16,059 nucleotides of DNA from Azolla caroliniana (GCA_043228905.1 JBHGNT010000763.1:1-16059); one strand, 5' to 3'. Positions 1 through 10,803 are shown, counted from the stretch's first letter. Notes: generated from the letters alone by a model not told the origin. Numbers and translations are program-made.

Positions 1-1
1 A

Positions 2-2492
2 AAAGTCTTCTCATGCTTCCCAGATTTGAAGAACCTTGTCAAACGCGAGACCGGAAGAAAGATCAAGTGTCTGAGATTGGATGGCGGGAAAGAGTACTTT
101 TCCAGCCAGTTCACGAGCTATCTTCAGACAAAGGGAATCCGACGGGAATTCTCTTGCAGATACTCGTCGTAGCAGAATGGCATGGCCGAGCATCGAAACA
201 GGACGTTAGTAGCAGTGGCAAGGGAGATGCTTGAGGAGAAAAGCATGCCCAAGTTTTATTGGGCCGAAGAAATTCGGACAGCCGACTACATCCAAAATTG
301 GATATCTGCCTCAATGACAAAGGTGTCGCCGCACGATCTGTATTTTGAGTAGAAGCCTAATTTAGCGCACCTTTGGATGAAAAGCGAAGGAAAATTGATG
401 CAAAATCCGAGAAGTGCATCCTGGTTGGCTACTCGGATGAACAGAAGGGTTATAAGCGTTATAACGCCTGATCGAAAGTGGTCCGAGTTAGCTGAGATGT
501 GGTTTCTGATGAATTGGCATCTTGGTACTTCTCTCCACCCGAACTTGAGCTGATTATTGTAGATGATCCGGTGGAATCTGGAACAGAGAGAAGTGTCACA
601 GAATCCGAATAATCGGATAGTCCAACTTCTCTCTGGATGAGTGAACCGAATCTAGAGTGGTCAACTGGATGATGAGCCGGTGAATAGTTTAAAGACTCGG
701 CCATGCTCTCCCCGTGCAAGGAACCGAGGAGACGGTTCATGCGCCAAGAAAAAGGGAAGAAGAAGATGCTAGAGTACAACACCGACCGAGCCGAGTTGGA
801 TTGGAGTGAATCTGACTCTCACAGGATAAAAAAGGAACCTCTGAGGAAGAGGTCAAAGTCGGCTGAGAAGGCCGCGAAATTGGCGAATCAGGAATTGTGT
901 TGATCCACCCACCAGAAGAACCCCGTGAAGAGGTACGAGTATAATGAGTATATGGCACATCATTATGCGTACATGATGAAGGTGGTGGTAGTGCGTGAAT
1001 CAGAGAGGTATGCAGAAGTGGTGAAGGACGCAAATTGGCGTGCCGCTATGGAGGAAGAGATGCACGCACTCACGGAAAATGAGATGTGGGATTTAGTGGA
1101 CGTACCGACATGAGTGAAGCCGATCGGTTGCCAATGGGTATACAAGGTTAAATACAACACCAATGGCTCCGTCAAAAGGTACAAGGCATGATTAGTGGCC
1201 AAAGGCTACGTGCAGCAACACAACATCGACTACGATGAGACGTTCACGTCGGTCGCGAAGATGACGACCGTTCGTGTCCTGCTTGCGGTGGCAACGACGA
1301 AGGGGTGACATCTACATCAAATGGATGTGAAAAGTGAGTTCCTACAAGGTGATCTTGAGGGACAAGTATACATAGTTCAGCCCCCCGGATTTCAATTCGT
1401 TTATGGACTAAAGCAAGCCCCACGTGCTTGGAACGTGAAGATCACGCAGCGACTGCGTCGGATGGGGTTTTCCGTGTCAAAGCCAGATTCTTCACTCTTC
1501 ATCTGGCAAGGTTAGAACCGGCCGGTTAGTATTTTATTTTATTTTGATGATTTAGTCATCGCCGGCACCGACCCGGATGAAATCAACCGCGTCAAGTCCG
1601 AACTTGCAGCATCATTTGACATGAAGGATCTTGGGAACCTTAATTACTTCCTCGGGATCGAAGTGATCCACAACCCCGGAGGCATACTGATAAGCCAACG
1701 GCATTATGTGCTGAGTATGCTCTTCAAATTTGGTATAATGGAATGCAAATCTGTTTCGACTCCATTGGACCGAAATGTGAAGCTTTGCCCTGACTCTATA
1801 ACGGCATGCGACCCGAAAAGGTTTTGACAGATAGTTGGAAGCCTCATATATCTGACAATCACCCAACCGGATCTCAACTATCCGGCCACACTAATTAGTC
1901 AACTTATGGCACATCTAACCTTGGAGCACATTCAATGCGCGAACCAAATACTGAGGTACGTCAACGACACTATGGACAAGGGGTTGCTATATCGGACTGG
2001 TGTAGCCGGACAGCTTGTCAGCTACACGGATGCCGATTGGGCTAGAAATGCTTGCGACCTCAGGTCTACATCTGGAGATGTGTTTTCACTAGGAAGCGCC
2101 GCTGTCTCCTGGAGTAGTAAAAAGCAACCGATAGTAGCATTGTCGAGCACAAAGACTGAGTACAGAGGAGCGGTTGTTGCAACGTGTGAAGCCAAATAGC
2201 TCCTGAAGGATCTGCGAGTGGAGGTGTCTGATCCAACGATGATCTATTGTGACAACCTCAACAACATCCAATTGGCAAAGAATCCCATCTTGCATGCCTG
2301 GACTGAGCACATTGAGGTGCCCTATCATTTTGTTTGAGAGCGCGTTCTCTCCGGTGAAGTGGAACTGTCACATGTTTCGACAGATCGGCAGGTGGCTGAT
2401 ATCTTCACCAAACCCCTCGGCTTGGACAAGTTGCAGCAATTTTCCGGTGCACTAGGTGTGCAATACCTCAATATGCCACACTTGAGGGGGAG
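2..2492 (+). pseudogene. pol: Copia pol pseudogene: integrase core/C-terminus, reverse transcriptase, RNase H, with many stops and frameshifts
   Basis: Manual translation and ORF track. Integrase: IKCLRLDGGKEY, QNGMAEHRNR, KCILVGYSDEQKGY. RT: WRAAMEEEM, QMDVKSEFLQGDL, YGLKQAPRAW, FYFDD, MKDLGNLNYFLGIEV. RNase H: YTDADWA, SWSSKKQPIVALSS, QVADIFTKPL. Confidence 0.95.
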
Positions 2493-2924
2493 TAATGAAA
2501 GGAGGAATGAGAAAGACGACCGAAAAGATGAGTCGAAAACTAATTTCGACTTCGGCCCGACTCATGAAGTTGGAATGCATGGGACTCGGAAGCCGAGACC
2601 AGACGTAGGGGGAGCCACCAAAATGGAGAGCCCAATTCGGAGCCAACCGAAAGAGGGGGAGGCAAAGCCGGAAAGGCCGAGACACGGACTGAGAGCTCTA
2701 GAAATCGGAGTCGAGTTGGAGACAACTAGCTCTGTTAAGGAAGAAGACGAATCGGAGATAGCCGATTCGGTCGGTAGTAGAAATGAATTGAATGTACCCG
2801 ATTCAATCATAATGTTAGATTCGGAGGAGCCGAATCTACGATGGGCCAAGCGGACAAAAAAGGCAGCCAAAGCCGACGCTTTACAGAGGAGCCAACAGGG
2901 CCAGGGGCGCTAGCACCGCGACAG

Positions 2925-3398
2925 TGTTAAGAGTCTATTACTAATCAATAGACCAAATCAAGTAAAAAGGAAGAAAATAGATTGGATAGAAGAACCCGTT
3001 CCACCCGACCACCCCCGAGCTATGATCTAGACATAGCCAACCTACCACCGACGTCCCATACCGCCGGATATTAGGATGACTAATACCTTGGAAGAGATAA
3101 ACACGATCGTCGAGACGAAAGCCTAGCCCGCACCACCGGTGTCTACGACAGCAGCCTTCCGACGTGATGATCCCTATGAGGGTAGCTAAGCTTCATATTT
3201 ATACCTTTTCTTAGGCCCCTTGAATAGATGTGCCTTTCTAAAAGGCTCTCTATTCATTGGTTGTCTAAATCATGATAGTGCATGCACATATCATTCATTC
3301 TATCCAATCATTAGTCCCCTTTTTAATAATAGTGAACATACCCTTCACTAATGTAAATATTAGTGACCTACCCTCACCAACGTTATGTGTACATAACA
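2925..3398 (-). repeat. 3' LTR of element A (474 bp)
   Basis: TGTTA...TAACA termini; matches 10124-10596 apart from 4 substitutions and one 1-bp indel by eye. Confidence 0.97.
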
Positions 3399-3414
3399 TA
3401 CTCCCCTACTTCAA
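3399..3414 (-). promoter_or_regulatory. Polypurine tract of element A
   Basis: The minus strand reads GAAGTAGGGGAGTA immediately before the 3' LTR; the pol TAG stop (3406-3408) lies inside it. Confidence 0.85.
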
Positions 3415-6400
3415 AAGATTGCACTCTTGCAATATAAAGTGAGGAAATTGTGCCTTAAGCGAATGCTCGCGTTCCCATGTGGCATCATCAATAGGTTTAT
3501 CCATCCATTTGATCTTGAATAGCCGAATCTCTTTAGAACGTAAACGTTTAGTACGAGAATCAAGAATTCGTTCAGGAACATGAGGTTTGTAAGAAAAATC
3601 CTCTAATGTTACAAGATCTTGGATTGTGATGGTGTTATCACCAGAGCCTAAAATTGGTTTTAGACGACTGACGTGAAAAACAGGATGAATACCAACGTTA
3701 CGAGGTAAGGCAAGGTGATAAGCAGATGACCCAACTCGCTTAAGGATTTCAAATGGGCCACAATATCGTGGGGCTAACTTAGCGCACTTGCCCGTAGATG
3801 ATGACGTAGAATCAGTCGGGACACGCAAAAAAACTTTTTGACCAATAGTAAATGCACGAGGACGTCTATCCTGATCAGCATAAAATCGAGCACGATCTTG
3901 AGCTGTCTTGACATTTTCTTTGGCAATATGCAACATTTGGTTCATGTCTTGCAAAAAATTGCGTGTACTGTCTAATGTATCACGATGAATCGTGACATCA
4001 ACTGGGGCACGTGGCTGAAAACCATACATCAACATAAAAGGACTATATCCAGTGGATGTATGTTTAGAGCTATTATAGGCAAATTCTAAGATAGGAAGGT
4101 ATTGCTCCCACTTAGAAGGGGTTTTTGCTACATAAGCTCGAAGCATGTCCTCAATAATTTGATTAACTCGTTCAGTTTGTCCATCAGACTGAGGATGATC
4201 TGCGGAACTCATGCTCAACGTAGTTTCTAGTTTCTTAAAGACCTGAGTCCAAAAGTCACTAGTAAACTTGGAATCTCGATCACTAACAATATCCATCGGT
4301 AATCCATAAAAATGAAATAACTCATCAACAAATTGATAAGCCAATTGTTGAGCGGTTACCGTGGTTTTTGTAGGAATAAATCTAGCTAATTTTGTTAGCC
4401 TGTCAACGACAACCCATATGGCATCATGACCCCTCTGTGTACGAGGTAAACTAACAATAAAATCCATCGAGATACTTTCCCATTTATTGTTGGGAATATC
4501 TAAGGGATGTAAAAGACCAGCAGCTTTAAGTCGTTCCGACTTATTAATCTGACATTGTAAGCATTGAGTTACGTATTTATGCACGTCAGAGCGCATCTTA
4601 GGCCAGAAAAAAGTACACGAGATGAGAACGAGTGTGCGTTGTATTCCAGGATGACCAGCAGATGGTGCATCATGACATTCATGAAAAATTTTCTGTTTAA
4701 CATTTGGTAAATCTGGAACACAAACCTTTCCACTACGGTAGAGCAAACCGTTTGTAATGTGAAAGGTCGCCTTCGAGGGTAGGGTGCTAGTATCGGCATC
4801 TAAACCAGATTCGGCTTTCGTCCAGTATTTTGAGAAATAACTGTCATCAAGGTATTTCCCTCGAAGGTGATCTAAAAGATCAGATTTTATTTCCGTGAAG
4901 CTAAGCATGTTAACTTCTTTAATGCGACTAAGAGCATTAGCAACGGTGTTCATAGAACCCTTGCGATATCGTATGGAAAAATCAAAATCTTGCATAAGGT
5001 CAGCCCAACGGCCTTTACGACCAACAAGATCGGGCTGGTCACAAAAATACTTTAATGATTGATGGTCTGTTGTAACCACAAATTTATTTCCATAGAGATA
5101 GTGCCTCCATGTTTTAAGTGCGTGTATCACCGCAAACAACTCTTTCTCTTGAACCAAATACCGAGATTGAGCAGCATCAAGCTTCTTACTTTCAAAAGCA
5201 ATAGGGTGACCACCTTGATAAAGAACGGCACCAATAGCATAATCACTAGCATCGGTTTCAATTGAGAAAGGCTTAGAAGGGTCTGGTAATAGAAGAGTGG
5301 GAGCCTGACACACATGCTCCTTGAGTGTCTCAAATGATTTGTCAAGTTGTTCATTCCATGAAATTGGTTTGACAGACTTACGTGGATGACCTTTTAAAAG
5401 GTCAGTTAATGGCGTAGTCAATTTGGAATAGTTACGAATTGATTTTCGTAAAAATCCAACAAACCCTAAGAATGATCTAAGTTCACGAATATTACGAGGA
5501 ATGGGCCAAAGTTTAACCTTTTCAATACGAGAAGGTTCAATTTCAACGCCATTTTCTGTAATTAAATGACCTAGGTACACAATAGATTTTTGGAAGAAGT
5601 CACATTTTGAATGTTTTGCATAGAAAGAGTTGTCACGCAACTTTCGCAAAACAAATCGAACATGTTGAACATGATCTTGCAAGGTATGGCTATATATCAA
5701 AATATCATCCAAGAAGACGACAACAAAATCACCGAGTTGATCTCGGAAAACATCATTCATCGCTTGTTGGAATGTGGCTGGAGCATTAGTCAACCCAAAC
5801 GGCATGACTAAAAACTCATAATGGCCATAGCGCGTACGAAAAGCGGTTTTAGGAATATCATCCTCGGCGATGCGAATCTGATGATAACCAGTTCGTAAGT
5901 CAATTTTCATAAAATATCGAGCCCCGTGCAAACGATCAATCAAATCATCGGCACGAGGTAATGGATATGCATTCTTAATTGTCATTTTATTCAAACGGCG
6001 ATAATTGATACACATTCGCCACGAACCTTCCTTCTTCTTGACTAATAGAACTGGCGCACCCCAAGGTGATTTACTATACCTAATGTGGCCCATACTCAAG
6101 TATTCCTTAAGTTGTTTAGCGATCTCATCCTCTTCTAATCGACTAAGTCGGTAAGGTGGAATGCTCACAGGAGCAGCCCCAGGGATGAGTTCAATTTGAT
6201 GGTCCACATTACGTTTAGGTGGTAAAGTAAGCGGTAATTCAGTAGGAAACACATCTTGAAAATCCTCTAAAATAGAGTCGAGTAATCGTTGCTCAAAATG
6301 TGGTAATTGTGTGGCGTCAATATTAAAATAATAAAATTGAACCGCAGGATCAATTACACACGAATAAATTAATGAACTAGAATACTCACTTAAAGATTTA

Positions 6401-6551
6401 GAAGACACAAGTGAATGAGAAGGAAGTTTGGAACATTGAATAAAATGTTTACAATTATTAAGTTCAAATGTGATTGAGTGATTAACCCAATCAATGGACA
6501 AAGAAGGGTTTTTATTAAAAAACCAAGGATATCCTAAAATGACATCTGCGG
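3406..6551 (-). CDS. pol: Element A pol: protease C-terminal end, RT, RNase H, integrase and C-terminal chromodomain (open frame; annotated ORF 3406-6501)
   Basis: Motifs DVILGYPW, SPWGAPVLLVKKK, VMPFGLTNAPATFQ, FLDD, ETDASDYAIGAVL, TDHQSL, integrase HHCC (H..GH..C..C), SMDF, VSDRD, DGQTER, GPF, HPVFHVS and chromodomain PERILDSR...IKW...ATWE. Confidence 0.95.
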
Positions 6552-6640
6552 TGTCGTGCCTTTCGGCTCCGGATCGTTTGCGTGAGTCGGGTGGGAACCG
6601 CTGGGGTTTTGGACTAGGAAGAGGAGAGTTTTAAGGCTAA

Positions 6641-6800
6641 TAAGAATATAAATATGTTGTAAGAAAGAGTTATAGCAAACTCGTGAATCCCACGAGTGTA
6701 TTGTATTAGATTAATCAATATGAATATAAGAATATAAACTTCGGTTGAAAGAGAATGATATAGAATTCTCGTGAATCCCACGAGTATAGTTTATTAATTG
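6641..6800. repeat. Two diverged ~87-bp tandem units in solo LTR B, each with the hairpin CTCGTG-AATCC-CACGAG
   Basis: TAAGAATATAAA at 6641 and 6727; CTCGTGAATCCCACGAGT at 6680 and 6768. Confidence 0.75.
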
Positions 6801-7110
6801 GTGTTTTTTAGAAACATATCCAGTTTCCAAATATTTTTCACACACAATTACATTGTGCTCCCCATCCTTATGTAGTGATGAGGAAGTCTTAGTAATCTAT
6901 GCTTTTTCTCTAACTATAGACCCCATGCTTTTCCTATAGATAGACTATATGCTTTATCTAAAGTGATCATGCTTTTTTCTAACTTGTGCGTTTTTTATCA
7001 TGCACGCTAGATGTGTATGTGTAGCTTTTTCTTTTGTTATGCGTTTTTCTAATGTTTATCCTAGCGTGAATTTACCTTTCTATGTGGGACATCTATGCTT
7101 TAACACTAAT

Positions 7111-7183
7111 GAAATGCTAGTGTAATGGTAAGACATTACATTATTAACATGGAGGTGCAAGGTTCGAATCTTGCCCTATGCAT
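7111..7183 (+). ncRNA. tRNA-like Pol III (A-box/B-box) module in solo LTR B; not a canonical tRNA
   Basis: A box TAGTGTAATGG (7118-7128), B box GGTTCGAATCT (7161-7171), GCAAG/CTTGC stem, T-runs at 7194-7197 and 7220-7225. Confidence 0.6.
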
Positions 7184-7280
7184 GTTCCATTTATTTTGCT
7201 ATTTTCTTCTATTTCTTCATTTTTTATTGAATCTAATACTATATACGTTTTTCACGTAGTGTACAAAATACACTACGACA

Positions 7281-7452
7281 GCGGATTGTAATTTCATAAC
7301 ATGAAAGTCAAGCTTCTCCAAATAAGTATCTATTTGAATTGGCAGTTGACAAACAATGCCACTGATGTATTGAACGTTTCCATTTGCCATGTGAACTTGA
7401 TAGATATGATCACTTGCGTTTATGTGGAGCTCCATTTGCTGTGTGACTCGTA
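7281..7452 (-). pseudogene. Element A protease, central fragment; catalytic D-S/T-G half missing
   Basis: RVTQQMELHINASDHIYQVHMANG...DFHVMKLQSA resembles a gypsy protease after the active site; I found no DSG/DTG motif between gag and this fragment. Confidence 0.75.
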
Positions 7453-8357
7453 GATTTGTCTTGAGGAGGGGTGTTCATTGACTTCCTCTCAAGACGACGA
7501 CAGGTATCCTTTGTGTGGCCCCGCTTCTTGCAATCTGCACAGAAGAGGTTCGGTTTCTTTGAGTCGCGGTCAAGAGTGTCACTGGATTGCTTACGTTTCC
7601 CAATGAACTTGACATTCGGAGTTTTGGCGAACTCAGGTTTATTGTGGTCTTTCTTGGAAGTCCTATGGTATCGCAGCACAATGTTGATGGCTTCCTCGAA
7701 AGTTGTGGGGTCCTTGTCATGGACAATCCAATGATAATCCCCATTGGGAATACCATTCAAAAAACAAGCGACAAACCATTTCTCACCCGTAAGTCCCGAT
7801 TTTTGGATCTGGGTCCGAGCGTGATGCACATAATCCTCGAGAGAGGTAAATGGCTTACTAGACAATGTGAGCAAGTGTTGCGCTTTTTCGGTTTGAGAAG
7901 GTGGATGCAAGAATTGTTTCTTAAAAACATCAACGAAACCTTCCCAAGTTGTGGGTAAGTTTTTTGCGGTCCTTAGGCCACGCCACCAAGCAGCAGCTCG
8001 GCCACCTAACTCACGACCGACATAACCAATTTTTACTGCATCGGGCTTGGGATGAAGCTCAAAGTGAGACTCCCAACGACCAAGCCAAGTGCTAATGGCC
8101 TCCTCAGTTCTTTCTTTCTTATCTCCCTTGAAAGGCGTGACTACGAAGGAAGGTTCACCTTCTTTCTTGGACTCAATAGTTAATTCTTGGAATTTCTTTT
8201 CCAATGCCATATTGGCCTGTCTCATTTCGGCCAATTGATTCAAGGTAGTAGTGAGCAATTGCTCAATAGTGATCTCAGCTTGTGTGCGAGATGCGGATTG
8301 GGGTTGAGAGGTCTCATTTGGAGAGATCGTTCCAACTGCGTTCAAAACTTGTTCCAT
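7410..8357 (-). CDS. gag: Element A Gag (capsid plus CCHC zinc knuckle), 315 aa
   Basis: Coiled-coil N-terminus, PFKGD..WL..WESHF, LGGRAAAWW, TWEGFVDVFKKQF, zinc knuckle CADCKKRGHTKDTC. Confidence 0.92.
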   Translation of the reverse strand: MEQVLNAVGTISPNETSQPQSASRTQAEITIEQLLTTTLNQLAEMRQANMALEKKFQELTIESKKEGEPSFVVTPFKGDKKERTEEAISTWLGRWESHFELHPKPDAVKIGYVGRELGGRAAAWWRGLRTAKNLPTTWEGFVDVFKKQFLHPPSQTEKAQHLLTLSSKPFTSLEDYVHHARTQIQKSGLTGEKWFVACFLNGIPNGDYHWIVHDKDPTTFEEAINIVLRYHRTSKKDHNKPEFAKTPNVKFIGKRKQSSDTLDRDSKKPNLFCADCKKRGHTKDTCRRLERKSMNTPPQDKSTSHTANGAPHKRK

Positions 8358-9349
8358 GATGCACGTTGTGGGTATGCAATAAAATAAGGAGGTTCAGAAA
8401 ATACACAAGCAAAATGAATGCTTGAAATTTTGATTGAAAGAACTTTATCCAAGAAAGTATCTCATGTCTTTACCCCTCTAGACATATGAGATGTGATTCG
8501 AGATCCGATAACTATGGTAACACTATGGTGTTTTAAAAACCATGGGGGAAAACATAGCTAAGATGTATTTCTCAGATCTCTATCTTGAGTAATCATGGCG
8601 GCTCCCCGAGGCTCAACCATGGTTCTTACATCAATGAAATTTCCTAGATAGCCTTATATTAATGCCAACCCATCATGTATTATATGGTCGAGAAAGTGTA
8701 TTACGTGAAAAAACAAGTGCACTCACAAGTAATATTCTAGTCTTGCGAGCAATAAGCAAACGTGATGATAAAATGATAAAATAAGGCACTACTCATAAGA
8801 GTTAAGTAGTGACGAAAACAAGGGTAAAAAAAAAAAAAAAAAAGAACCCATGTGTTACCTACGAAAAAAAAACAATGTCACAAATAAATGGGAAGTGCAA
8901 GGTATGCACATATACATCCCAATATGATTGTTATAACTTGCACAATTGTGACATAAGCCACAATTTGATACAAGTGATGACGGTGTTGTGCGCAAAGATG
9001 TAATACTCAAATCCATGAGTAAAACATCAATAAGGGAACTCATATGGTTTTACTCGTTTTCTAAGGCTTGATGATAAGAGTTAAACCTAGATGACCCGTT
9101 GAAAAAAAAATCGTTCAACAAGCCACTCCATACGAAAAAAATAGTCTACACGTAAAGGTTACATCAAAAGTAAACAATGTAAATACTTTATACACGAAAA
9201 GGAAGTGGAAAAAGGAGAGTTAATTGTGGGCGGGTAAATAATAATTACTAGAAAATCATATAAGTGAAACAATACTTATGAAATTAAAATTTAATTAGAA
9301 TAATCAACAATTAGGTGTATGGAATCAAACATGCCCTAAGATACGAAAC

Positions 9350-9686
9350 CCTAGGGTAGTTGACATGCACCTCCTCAAGACCACCACCTATCCCTAGAAT
9401 CGGCCAAGTAATGGCTAATTAAAGAGGAAAGTGGCATAGGTAAGTGACATATACCTCGTCAAGGCCACATCATCCCTTAGAATCGGCCAATTGATGGCTA
9501 ATTAAAAAGGAAAGTGGCATATGTAAGCTACATATACCTCGTCAAGGCCACATCATCCCATAGAATCGGCCAATTGATGGCTTAATAGAGAGTAGAGTGG
9601 CATAGGTAGGCAACATACACCTCGTCAAGGCCACATCATCCCTTAGAATCGGCCAAGTGATGGCTCAATAGAGGGGAAGAGTGGTA
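9350..9686. repeat. ~4 tandem copies of an 83-84-bp unit in the 5' leader of element A
   Basis: GTGG(CA/TA)T at 9431, 9514, 9597 and 9681; core CCTCGTCAAGGCCACATCATCCC..AGAATCGGCCAA.TGATGGCT. Confidence 0.9.
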
Positions 9687-9697
9687 TACTCAACATC

Positions 9698-9885
9698 ATA
9701 TGCAAAACGGCCATGAGATAAGCGTGTGCGATTAGAGCAAACACGCTCGACCCAATGCACAAGAATAATTATTATCGTAAGAGTTCAAGAGAGGAGAGAG
9801 TGGGATATATATCGCAATATGCAAAAGGCCATGAGTTGAGCGTGTGCGATTAGTGCAAACACGCTCGGCCCGATGCATAATAATA
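9698..9885. repeat. Duplicated ~70-bp unit with a stem-loop in the element A leader
   Basis: ATATGCAAAA.GGCCATGAG...AGCGTGTGCGATTAG.GCAAACACGCTCG at 9698 and 9817; stems AGCGTGT/ACACGCT. Confidence 0.85.
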
Positions 9886-10110
9886 AGTAAAATCGTAGCG
9901 TAGTAGGAGGTAGAAAGAAAGAGAATAAAACGTAATACCAATTTGATTCGACCATAAAGAACGCATAATAGAAAAAGAGAAGAGATCAAAAAAGAAGAAT
10001 ACCGGGTTTAGAGTGTTGTTTTGATCCTGAGAAGAGCATGACGAGCCTTGTTAGATCCCCCTCGCTCACACGCAAAAAACATCAAAACAACAAAAAAATT
10101 GTTAGTAAAA

Positions 10111-10122
10111 GCTCTGATACCA
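10111..10122 (-). promoter_or_regulatory. Primer-binding site for initiator tRNA-Met (element A)
   Basis: Minus strand TGGTATCAGAGC, 1 nt inside the 5' LTR end; this is the classic plant tRNAi-Met PBS. Confidence 0.95.
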
Positions 10123-10123
10123 C

Positions 10124-10596
10124 TGTTAAGAGTCTATTACTAATCAATAGACCAAATCAAGTAAAAAGGAAGAAAATAGATTGGATAGAAGAACCCGTTC
10201 CACCCGACCACTCCCGAGCTATGATCTAGACATAGCCAACCTACCACCGACGTCCATACCGCCGGATATTAGGATGACTAATACCTTGGAAGAGATAAAC
10301 ACGATCGTCGAGACGAAAGCCTAGCCCGCACCACCGGTGTCTACGACAGCAGCCTTCCGACGTGATGATCCCTATGAGGGTAGCTAAGCCTCATATTTAT
10401 ACCTTTTCCTAGGCCCCTTGAATAGATGTGCCTTTCTAAAAGGCTCTCTATTCATTGGTTGTCTAAATCATGATAGTGCATGCATATATCATTCATTCTA
10501 TCCAATCATTAGTCCCCTTTTTAATAATAGTGAACATACCCTTCACTAATGTAAATATTAGTGACCTACCCTCACCAACGTTATGTGTACATAACA
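10124..10596 (-). repeat. 5' LTR of element A (473 bp)
   Basis: Copy of 2925-3398; adjacent to the PBS; followed by TSD GACAG (10597-10601). Confidence 0.97.
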
Positions 10597-10791
10597 GACA
10601 GCAAGGGAGCTGATAAGGGCTGAAGGAGCAGACAAGCGGACTAAGAAGGTTGAAGAGCGTGGAACCAGATGGGTCGAGGAAAGCAGGACTAGACCGGACG
10701 ACGAGCGACCAGGCGAGAGGATGCCAGGTGGAGCTAGAGGAAAGGACTAGCAGACACAAACAGTGTCTCAGTGATCCGACCTCAAGTTGAG

Positions 10792-10803
10792 CTTGAGGTG
10801 GAG
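10792..10803 (+). promoter_or_regulatory. Polypurine tract of the copia element
   Basis: CTTGAGGTGGAG directly before TGTTG, matching the copia TTGAGGGGGAG-TG consensus. Confidence 0.8.

Larger units (their letters stand above)
6552..7280 (-). mobile_element. Solo LTR (element B, 729 bp) inserted in the protease of element A
   Basis: TGTCGT...ACGACA terminal inverted repeat and 4-bp TSD GCGG (6548-6551, 7281-7284). Removing it restores MKLQSA-DVILGYPW in frame. The strand is inferred from a TATA-like TACATAA at 6874-6868. Confidence 0.9.
2925..10596 (-). mobile_element. Full-length Ty3/gypsy chromovirus LTR retrotransposon (element A)
   Basis: Two near-identical TG...CA LTRs (2925-3398, 10124-10596), 5-bp TSD GACAG on both sides, PBS, PPT, gag, and RT-RH-INT-chromodomain pol on the minus strand. 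Confidence 0.97.

Noticed and set aside
11-2870. Numerous short minus-strand and off-frame ORFs over the copia pol
   Set aside because: Antisense or alternate frames of recognisable pol sequence with no independent motifs.
7137-7153. Apparent TTA anticodon (ochre suppressor tRNA) in the LTR B module
   Set aside because: The loop lacks the invariant U33, and the anticodon and acceptor stems are imperfect; there is no support for a functional tRNA.
8826-8843. A18 run as the tail of a retroposed insert
   Set aside because: No flanking TSD seen; it is one of several A-runs in the leader of element A.
9350-9686. CRISPR-like regular repeats
   Set aside because: Whole units are repeated with no unique spacers, there are no cas genes, and the context is a eukaryotic retroelement.
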